Below are positions 1 through 7,397 of a stretch of 64,000 nt of DNA, piece by piece. The number at the start of each line of letters is the position of its first letter. The first letter of the stretch is position 1. A program made the translations under genes and the position numbers. The stretch lies in IMG/VR virus record IMGVR_UViG_3300012210_000006, positions 5,860 to 69,859 of that record; one strand, written 5' to 3'. This DNA is from a virus. The notes below the pieces were generated by a model, which worked only from the letters and a program-made list of their open reading frames with translations, did no database searches and was not told where the DNA came from.

Positions 1-50
1 ATTTGAAGAAGAGGTTGAACCAAGTTGCAGTTGTCCTTCGGAGAATTAAT

Positions 51-470
51 ATGGAACGAAAATCTTGGGATGAATATTTTTTCGATCTTGCGAAACTTGT
101 AAGTACGCGAGCAACCTGTTCACGCGCACAAGTTGGTTGTGTACTTGTTAAGGATAAAAGGATTATTGCTACGGGATATAATGGTGCTCTTGCTGGTAGA
201 AAACATTGCAATCATGGGAATCAGGATATGTTATGGATTCATGGATCGCCCCCGCCTCCAGAATATCTCGCGAAGAAAGACCTATATATGATAGATGGCA
301 TCACACATTGCTTAATCGCCGTCCACGCAGAACTTAATGCCGTCGCAGACTGTGCAAGGCGTGGTATTTCCTGCGATGGAGCAACGATGTATATTACTAA
401 GAAACCATGTGATAATTGTTTAAAGTTAATTTATTCATCTGGAATTTTCGATATAAAGGTATGTGAATAA
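51..470 (+). CDS. dCMP deaminase (ComEB/DCTD family)
   Basis: RATC..AQVGCVLVKD..IIATGYNG, HAE and PC..C zinc motifs; ATG at 51 preferred over the ORF-track start at 3. Confidence 0.93.
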   Translation: MERKSWDEYFFDLAKLVSTRATCSRAQVGCVLVKDKRIIATGYNGALAGRKHCNHGNQDMLWIHGSPPPPEYLAKKDLYMIDGITHCLIAVHAELNAVADCARRGISCDGATMYITKKPCDNCLKLIYSSGIFDIKVCE

Positions 471-751
471 TGTTTAAAATTGGTTTTCGCAATATATGGA
501 TGCAAATAGGACTCAATGAAGAGAGTTTTATATGTTTTTGTTTTCCGAATAAAACTCCATATTTTTAGTTTAAAATAAAACTATTTTCGTTTGAAAATAT
601 AAAAAATGTTTTTCAAATATTAATTGGGTTAGATATTGCAATTGATAAAATCAATCAAAATTCTATTAACATTAATTTAAATTTATTAATCATAAGAATT
701 GGGATTTCATTTAACCAAATGAATTGTCTGAAGGAAATTAAGGGGAAATAA
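470..751 (+). pseudogene. Gap-filling ORF interrupted by one in-frame TAG (566-568)
   Basis: ATG overlaps the upstream TAA; the frame stays open to TAA 749-751 apart from one amber codon. Confidence 0.4.
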
Positions 752-753
752 AT

Positions 754-936
754 ATGCTTACATTAAATGATATAAATTTATTAAAGGAAATAATGCCAAA
801 TCATATTAATGTTCATCCAAATGTTTCAATTCATGGAATTAGTTGCGAAAGAATTTATAAAAATTGGTTGTTTTGGGAAAACAATAATAGTGGAGAAATT
901 AATAATTATTTGAAGAAATATAAGAAAGGTAACTAA
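754..936 (+). CDS. Hypothetical protein
   Basis: AAGGGG RBS; stop overlaps next ATG. Confidence 0.6.
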   Translation: MLTLNDINLLKEIMPNHINVHPNVSIHGISCERIYKNWLFWENNNSGEINNYLKKYKKGN

Positions 937-1574
937 TGTTTTACGGACAACGACAAGAAGATCAAAAGATATGTGAACTTCTCGGTGGAGAAAATATACA
1001 TCGAGAGGGTTTTTACATAGATGTAGGTGCATGGGACCCCAATAAGGAATCCGTGACGAGATTCTTTTACGAAGAATTAGGGTTTACTGGCATTAATATC
1101 GAACCTGTTACACGTCTTTGGAATAATTTTTATCCCGCTCGTGCAAAAGATATTAATCTGAATTGTGCTATTGGTAAAAATATTGGTAAACAAACAATGA
1201 AAGTTGTTTGTAATGGACATGAGATTACTGGATTGAGTACGTTGCATAAGCAAAACTCTGATAATGCCTGTGCAGGTCGTAACTCATATGAACAGGATGT
1301 TGAGGTTTTTACATTAGAGAGCATCTGTGATACATGGGCACAAGGAATTGAAATAGATTTTCTGAAAATCGACGTTGAAGGATATGAAGCGGAAGTTATT
1401 TATTCTGGTAATTGGGCAAAATATCGTCCAAAGGTGCTTTGTATAGAAGCGACTGTTCCCTTATCGGATGTAAAATCAGACTCTTGGGATAGTTATGTCA
1501 GAGTGATATGTAAATATGATTTTGTTTATTTTGACGGACTTAATAATTTTTATGTTCGTAGGGAAGGTTGGTGA
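936..1574 (+). CDS. FkbM-family SAM-dependent methyltransferase
   Basis: YIDVGAWDP, GINIEP, IDFLKIDVEGYEAEVI, VLCIE motifs. Confidence 0.92.
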   Translation: MFYGQRQEDQKICELLGGENIHREGFYIDVGAWDPNKESVTRFFYEELGFTGINIEPVTRLWNNFYPARAKDINLNCAIGKNIGKQTMKVVCNGHEITGLSTLHKQNSDNACAGRNSYEQDVEVFTLESICDTWAQGIEIDFLKIDVEGYEAEVIYSGNWAKYRPKVLCIEATVPLSDVKSDSWDSYVRVICKYDFVYFDGLNNFYVRREGW

Positions 1575-1577
1575 TTT

Positions 1578-2021
1578 ATGGGAATTGAAGAATTGCTACA
1601 AGGTTGCTATGTTGTTTGTCACTTTTGTAAAGAAGGTAAATTTACTACTATTGATAATGAAACGACAACTGATTTTGAAAAATATCATTTATCACATGGA
1701 ACAATTGAGATAATTCCAGCTCAGAAGTTTCTGTCTGAAAATCTAAGTTCACAATACATTGATGTTGATCGTCCTGAGCAGAAATCAATTGGAACGTCAA
1801 TTGGTCCGGTAGAAAAGAAAGATATTATTGAAGTTTTCAAATCTAGTCAATCTGCAAGGATGAAATATTTACAAAAGCAAACCAATAATGCAATTAAGAA
1901 AAATGAGAGTTATTTCCCCATCATTCCAGCATTGACTTTACCTGTGATCATAATTAATAAATTCGATGAATATATATTTACGAAGGAGGATTGGCTAACT
2001 CCTCAAGCAATAAAAGACTAA
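1578..2021 (+). CDS. Hypothetical protein with N-terminal CxxC
   Basis: 147-aa ORF filling the gap, coupled to neighbours. Confidence 0.65.
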   Translation: MGIEELLQGCYVVCHFCKEGKFTTIDNETTTDFEKYHLSHGTIEIIPAQKFLSENLSSQYIDVDRPEQKSIGTSIGPVEKKDIIEVFKSSQSARMKYLQKQTNNAIKKNESYFPIIPALTLPVIIINKFDEYIFTKEDWLTPQAIKD

Positions 2022-2025
2022 TTGA

Positions 2026-2035
2026 CTATCTTATA
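2026..2035 (+). promoter_or_regulatory. CTATCTTATA motif, putative late promoter element upstream of terminase
   Basis: Identical 10-mer at 14314 and 31101, each intergenic upstream of a late module. Confidence 0.4.
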
Positions 2036-2057
2036 ATCTGCCAGGGGATATTATTTA

Positions 2058-2726
2058 ATGGCGAAGACTCAATATAAGTTGGCAAAAACTCTCTCACTCC
2101 AAGCAAGACTCAAGCAGGTAATGCGTCTTCACCTTGGAGGTCTTTCTCATTACGCCATAGCGAGAACAATGGAATATAGTATCGAACAGGCAAAAAAGGA
2201 TGTTGCCACGATTTCACATGCGACAAAAGAATGGGAAGACGTTGGGGAACATTTAAAGGATACTGTTGCAAGAACTGGTGAGTTATTAAAATCTTTGAAA
2301 TTTCAACAGGACTTGCTTCAAAAACAACTAGATTATGCGAACGAATGGGTTGTTCAATTGGATCAAATGGGTTCTCCTTTACACGAGAGATTAGATAATG
2401 GGGAATTAGGTCCAGTTTTATATGGTCCTCGTGACTCTCGTCTTTCTTTAGCTTTATCATCAAAAATTACCGACTTAACAGAACAACAAGGAAAACTTCT
2501 TGGTGTGTATGCAAAAACGATGGACGTTACGGTTCGCTTAGAAGAATCAGAACAAACAACAATGCTTGTTCTTCAGGCGATTCAAGAGTGTGCTCCTGAG
2601 TTACAATCGAAGATTGTTCGCAAACTGAAAGCATTAAAGGCTTCTGAGGACACTTTTTCTAATATTGAAGTAGAAACAATCGAAGGTGAGTATGAAAATT
2701 TTGAAGGACGTAAATTAAATGCCTAG
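2058..2726 (+). CDS. Probable terminase small subunit
   Basis: N-terminal HTH-like segment (LSHYAIARTMEYSIEQAKKDV), helical body, overlaps the TerL start. Confidence 0.7.
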   Translation: MAKTQYKLAKTLSLQARLKQVMRLHLGGLSHYAIARTMEYSIEQAKKDVATISHATKEWEDVGEHLKDTVARTGELLKSLKFQQDLLQKQLDYANEWVVQLDQMGSPLHERLDNGELGPVLYGPRDSRLSLALSSKITDLTEQQGKLLGVYAKTMDVTVRLEESEQTTMLVLQAIQECAPELQSKIVRKLKALKASEDTFSNIEVETIEGEYENFEGRKLNA

Positions 2727-5631
2727 TAATCCAGGTGGAGTTGATGGGCATCATTTAGGTGGCGGAGCGAGGAAAAAGAATCGCACGTATCTTGATATTG
2801 ATAATGTTTCGTCTAAAGCATCGAAATTAATGACCTCTCTTGATGATTATTTGGCGGCATTACCAGACGAAGATGAAGTAATTGATGAAGTTTTTAAGGA
2901 AAAGTTTGTTGATTTAAAAACATGGTTATATGCTCCTGAGTATATGGGATTAGAGATTCGTCTTTCTACAATTCAATATGAAGTTCTGGAAGCTATGGGG
3001 GATTATAATCCTAAAACTAATCCTTATACTGAAGGAGTATGTGAATGGGGAAAAGGTTCGGGGAAAGACTTTATCTCTGCTTTATGTGCATTAAGGTGTG
3101 TGTATTGGTTATTGTGTCTTAGGAATCCATATATTTATTATGGACTTGCTAAGGGAACTGGTATTCAATTATGTAATATTGCATATACTGCCGAACAGGC
3201 AATTTATGTTTATTTTAAACAATTAACAGGATTAATTAAAGCATCTCCTTGGTTTATGAAGCAAAAACCTGATATTAAAAAATCTCGTATTGATTTTCCC
3301 AATGAAATTACCCTTGTGTCTACCTCAACAGATGGAGATTCGGCTGAAGGACAAAATTTAATATTTGCCGTTATGGATGAAGCCTCTGCATTTAAGGATT
3401 CTAAAACAATTAAGGCACAAACAAGAAAGGATGGTGTCAAGGTTGATCGTGCTGCTGACGCTATTTATAAGGTATTAAGAAGTTCTGTGAACTCTCGGTT
3501 TCCTAATGCTGGTAAGGTATTGATAATTTCATATCCTCGCTATAAAGATGATTATATTGAGACTAAATTAGCTGAAAATAAAGAAGCGAATAAGGGTTTT
3601 GTTTCTGGTCCATATGCAACCTGGGAGGTTAATCCTTCAAGAAAAAGAGAACATTTTAATGAAGACTATGAAAAGAATCCAGAATTAGCAGATGCGATGT
3701 ATGCGTGTGTTGGTGAAAATACATTAGTAAATGATTGGTGGGGAGGATTAACTTTAATTAAGGACTCTAATAATTCAATTTATAAAGGAAAAAAACAAAC
3801 TTTTAGATTAAAAACATTATTAGGGTATGAAATTGAGACAACTGTGGATCATCTATTATTAGATGAATATCAAAATTGGAAAAAATTAGAAGATTATAAA
3901 ATTGGTGATAAAATAAGTGTTTGTCAAAATGAGCAGAAATTTGGTTCTTATGAAGAAGATTTAAGAATTGCCGAATTAGTCGGACAAATGGTTGGAGATG
4001 GATGGGTTGGGAACGAAAATAATAAAAAACCAGAATGTGGATGGGCTTATGCAACACAAGATATGGATTTAATTCAAAGACATATGGGATTTCTCCTAGA
4101 ATTAGGAGAAAATTTTAATGTTAGTGCTGTTCGAACATTGAGTGGTAAAAAAACTTGCACAGGTATAAGACTAAGAAATCAAGATGCATATAATAGATGG
4201 TTCACCTTATTAGAAGGTCATAAAATGGCATGGAATAAAAGAGTGCCTTCTTGGGTTATGCAAGGAACAAAAGATGTTGTTGTTGCATTTTTACGAGGAT
4301 TATTTGAAGCCGACGGATGTGTTAATAAACAATTAGACTGTAGTTATTCAAGTGTTTCTTTTAATTTAGTTAAAGAAGTCCAATTATTATTAGGATTATT
4401 TGGAATAACTTGTCCAATTAGACAACACCAAGGTAAATGGAATGAATCTTTAAATGCAAGAACTAAAACTTCTTGGACAATTCAATTATCTCATGTTAGG
4501 AGTAGACAATTCTTTAAAGAAATTGGATTTATTTCCAATAGAAAACAAAATAGAGGAATTGAATTATTGAATTCTCCTGAATGTAAATGGGTTCGACCAA
4601 CTCATTTAGAATATTATCCAGATATTATTGTTTCAATTGAGGATTCTGGAATTCAGGATGTTTATGATTTATTAGATATGCCAAATCACATGTTTTATGC
4701 AAATGGATTAATTGCTCATAATTGTAACCCTCCGTTTTCTGAGGATGGGTGGGTAAAATATCCTGATCGTTTTCTGAAGTGCGTTGCAAATTCTGTAAAA
4801 CTTGGAACATTAAAATCTCCGATAGATGAAGATGGGATTTATGATCCGTTTTTCCAAGGCATCCCAGGAAAATTATATTGTATTCATGTCGATTTAGCTT
4901 TAAATGCTGATAAATGCGCCTTATCTCTTGCTTCACAAGGAAATCCGATCATAAAGGAGAAATGTCCATGTGGAGCAAATGCTCCCTGGGACGAACGATA
5001 TGAAGTTTGTAGTTCCTGTGGTCTTGCTAAGGAGAAATGGCTTAAAATAACGATGCCTACAATGGTAGTTTCTCTTTTGAAGCATTTTAAACCAAGAAAT
5101 TCTGCGTCAGGTAGAAAAGAAGTTCATTTTGCAGATATTCGTGAGGAGATATTATTTCTTCGTGATCGTGGACACAAAATTTGGGCCTTATCATATGATG
5201 GATGGCAATCAAGGGACTCTATTCAGACAATGCAGAGGTTGTTAGGGAAGAGAATTATTAAAGATCGTTGGGGTCAGCCTCTTAAAGAAGAGGAAATTGC
5301 TCAAACATTATCGGTTGATCGTGATACGAAGGCATATGACACTTTAAAAGAGTTTATTTATGACGAAAGGTTTTATATTACTCCTCCTGCAAGTGTGAAG
5401 AAAAAAGAAGATTGGGAAGAATCAGAGGACCCTGTGGCGATTGCTTATCGGGAATTTAGAGGATTACGCCTAATCAACTGGAAGAAAGTAGATCATAGCC
5501 TGGGGGCTTCAAAGGATTTTACAGATGCTTTAGCTGGTTGTGCCTATTGGGTATCACAAATGCCAATGTCACGAGGTAGAGGGCCATCTATTAGTGGTTG
5601 GCGCGAAAACATGGATATTGTTAGGAGATGA
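2719..5631 (+). CDS. terL: Terminase large subunit (intein-containing)
   Basis: Walker A GKGSGKD, Walker B FAVMDEAS, RNase H-like CIHVD...SYDGWQS...DFTDALAG. Confidence 0.95.
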   Translation: MPSNPGGVDGHHLGGGARKKNRTYLDIDNVSSKASKLMTSLDDYLAALPDEDEVIDEVFKEKFVDLKTWLYAPEYMGLEIRLSTIQYEVLEAMGDYNPKTNPYTEGVCEWGKGSGKDFISALCALRCVYWLLCLRNPYIYYGLAKGTGIQLCNIAYTAEQAIYVYFKQLTGLIKASPWFMKQKPDIKKSRIDFPNEITLVSTSTDGDSAEGQNLIFAVMDEASAFKDSKTIKAQTRKDGVKVDRAADAIYKVLRSSVNSRFPNAGKVLIISYPRYKDDYIETKLAENKEANKGFVSGPYATWEVNPSRKREHFNEDYEKNPELADAMYACVGENTLVNDWWGGLTLIKDSNNSIYKGKKQTFRLKTLLGYEIETTVDHLLLDEYQNWKKLEDYKIGDKISVCQNEQKFGSYEEDLRIAELVGQMVGDGWVGNENNKKPECGWAYATQDMDLIQRHMGFLLELGENFNVSAVRTLSGKKTCTGIRLRNQDAYNRWFTLLEGHKMAWNKRVPSWVMQGTKDVVVAFLRGLFEADGCVNKQLDCSYSSVSFNLVKEVQLLLGLFGITCPIRQHQGKWNESLNARTKTSWTIQLSHVRSRQFFKEIGFISNRKQNRGIELLNSPECKWVRPTHLEYYPDIIVSIEDSGIQDVYDLLDMPNHMFYANGLIAHNCNPPFSEDGWVKYPDRFLKCVANSVKLGTLKSPIDEDGIYDPFFQGIPGKLYCIHVDLALNADKCALSLASQGNPIIKEKCPCGANAPWDERYEVCSSCGLAKEKWLKITMPTMVVSLLKHFKPRNSASGRKEVHFADIREEILFLRDRGHKIWALSYDGWQSRDSIQTMQRLLGKRIIKDRWGQPLKEEEIAQTLSVDRDTKAYDTLKEFIYDERFYITPPASVKKKEDWEESEDPVAIAYREFRGLRLINWKKVDHSLGASKDFTDALAGCAYWVSQMPMSRGRGPSISGWRENMDIVRR
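3706..4722 (+). mobile_element. Intein with LAGLIDADG homing endonuclease (339 aa)
   Basis: Block A CVGENTLV, block B TTVDH, LVGQMVGDG and FLRGLFEADG, block F VYDL, terminal HN followed by +1 Cys. Confidence 0.95.
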
Positions 5632-5632
5632 A

Positions 5633-7246
5633 ATGCCTTCTAAATTAAACAATAATGTTAAACAAGAAAGAAAAAAGTTTAATTTTGAGGTCCTGAAAAG
5701 TAGTCAGGATTCTTTTCAACGTGATATTTCTGCTTTTATGGAGAATATAACAAAAAGAAGATTTTTTGAATTATCAGAACAAATTAAGAATTCCACTGTT
5801 GCACAGAAAAAGGGAGTAGGCAAGAATTTAAAATTGCGTCTTCCTATTTCGACTATTGCTGGATTTGGTAATCAATCAGAACAAACATTAATGTCTGCGT
5901 TCGGATGGTACTGGGAACCTCTTTTGCATGATCTTGCTTTTTTTGACGAAATGCGAGCAGCAGTTTCCCTTATGTCTGGTCAGGTAAATAAATTAGTCGA
6001 TACTGCTCTTTGTGGATTTCGCATTGCAAATGACGATCCAGATGTGTTACGAGATTTAAATGAATTACTGATGTATAATCAGAATGTAAATTTGAAAGAG
6101 TCTATTCGTAATGCAATGGTTGATCTTTTCTCCCTCGGTAATTGTTATAAAAAACCAGAATGGACGAAAATTAAAGACGGGAGAACAACCCTAGAGGTTA
6201 TTCGTCCTATTCGTTCAAATGCTATTCGTAAACTTAGGAATGACCATTTAGCGACAGAGGGATATGTTCAATTATTGCATCGTCCCTCTGAGTTTATTCT
6301 TGGTGGAACGCCGCATACACCTACAATTTACCTATATGACGAAGTATTATGTGGAATACAGCGGTCATTTGGATGGTATGCATACGGCGAACCTCTTGGT
6401 GCATCATTGCCTTTCGCAATAAGGCTTAAATTACAAATGGAACGTGATCTTGCAGAAATGCTTCATCAACATTTGCCAAGAATTGTCGTGACGTTTTCGC
6501 CCGATGAACAAATGAATCAAGAACAAGTTGATAAGTCTAGGGATGATTTAAAAACACAAATTTCACAAATGCGACCAACAGATAACTTTGTGACAACTCC
6601 CGATGTTGTTGTTTCTTACGCTGGTCCACAAGGACATGCATTAGACTTCTCTTCTACACAAAAACATATTGAAGAGCAATTATTTTATGTTCTTCCTTTT
6701 GCTCCGGCGATTATGGGGCTTGATTCTAAAGGAAACCCTTATGATTCTCAACAACATTGGACTGTTGCTTGTTATACCGCCTATGATCTTCGGCATGAAA
6801 TAGACGTAATGTTCCGACCTATGTTTCGTATCATAGAAGAAGACTGGGGATGTGGTCCAATTACTCTTGCTTACGACGATCTTGATCCCGAGATGACTGC
6901 GAAACATGCTGAGACTGATGAATATGTTGCGAATAATGCGGTATTAAAACGAGATAATGGATTTATCGACCAAGATACTGCTGCACAACAGGCAACCGCT
7001 CATCATCCAGACGGTCCTGTTAAAAAAGCTGCAAAACCAGGAGCAATTCCTCCTCCGGTCGATAATACAGGAGTAAAAGACGGAGGAGCACCGGGAGGTT
7101 CTGGTTCTAAGGTAAGAACAAAAGGTCCTAAAAAGGATGGAACGAAGGTTCCCGATAAGGATAATCGCCCAAGAGGGAAAAGACATTCCCGGCAACAATT
7201 TGCGATTACGGAATGGGCGCTTGCACAATTAGAAGAAGAGGATTAA
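5633..7246 (+). CDS. Portal protein
   Basis: Follows TerL; about 537 aa; AGGAG RBS before ATG 5633; helical pattern and AYGEPLG motif; disordered basic C-tail. Confidence 0.85.
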   Translation: MPSKLNNNVKQERKKFNFEVLKSSQDSFQRDISAFMENITKRRFFELSEQIKNSTVAQKKGVGKNLKLRLPISTIAGFGNQSEQTLMSAFGWYWEPLLHDLAFFDEMRAAVSLMSGQVNKLVDTALCGFRIANDDPDVLRDLNELLMYNQNVNLKESIRNAMVDLFSLGNCYKKPEWTKIKDGRTTLEVIRPIRSNAIRKLRNDHLATEGYVQLLHRPSEFILGGTPHTPTIYLYDEVLCGIQRSFGWYAYGEPLGASLPFAIRLKLQMERDLAEMLHQHLPRIVVTFSPDEQMNQEQVDKSRDDLKTQISQMRPTDNFVTTPDVVVSYAGPQGHALDFSSTQKHIEEQLFYVLPFAPAIMGLDSKGNPYDSQQHWTVACYTAYDLRHEIDVMFRPMFRIIEEDWGCGPITLAYDDLDPEMTAKHAETDEYVANNAVLKRDNGFIDQDTAAQQATAHHPDGPVKKAAKPGAIPPPVDNTGVKDGGAPGGSGSKVRTKGPKKDGTKVPDKDNRPRGKRHSRQQFAITEWALAQLEEED

Positions 7247-7262
7247 TTTCAGGATTGTGACA
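7243..7262 (+). repeat. 20-bp exact repeat TTAATTTCAGGATTGTGACA, copy 1 (putative promoter/operator)
   Basis: Identical to 16666-16685. Confidence 0.8.
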
Positions 7263-7322
7263 GGGAAATTATTTAGGAGATTATTCTATATTCAATAATG
7301 ATTAATTAGGAGATTTTTTATT

Positions 7323-7397
7323 ATGGCGAAGAATAAAGATAAACATAAAGAGAATAAGAAACCTAAAAAAACTGAAGATAAAAAGAAGAAAAAATAA
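7323..7397 (+). CDS. 24-aa lysine-rich micro-protein
   Basis: TAGGAG RBS, MAKNKDKHKENKKPKKTEDKKKKK, TAA overlaps the protease ATG (TAATG). Confidence 0.6.
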   Translation: MAKNKDKHKENKKPKKTEDKKKKK

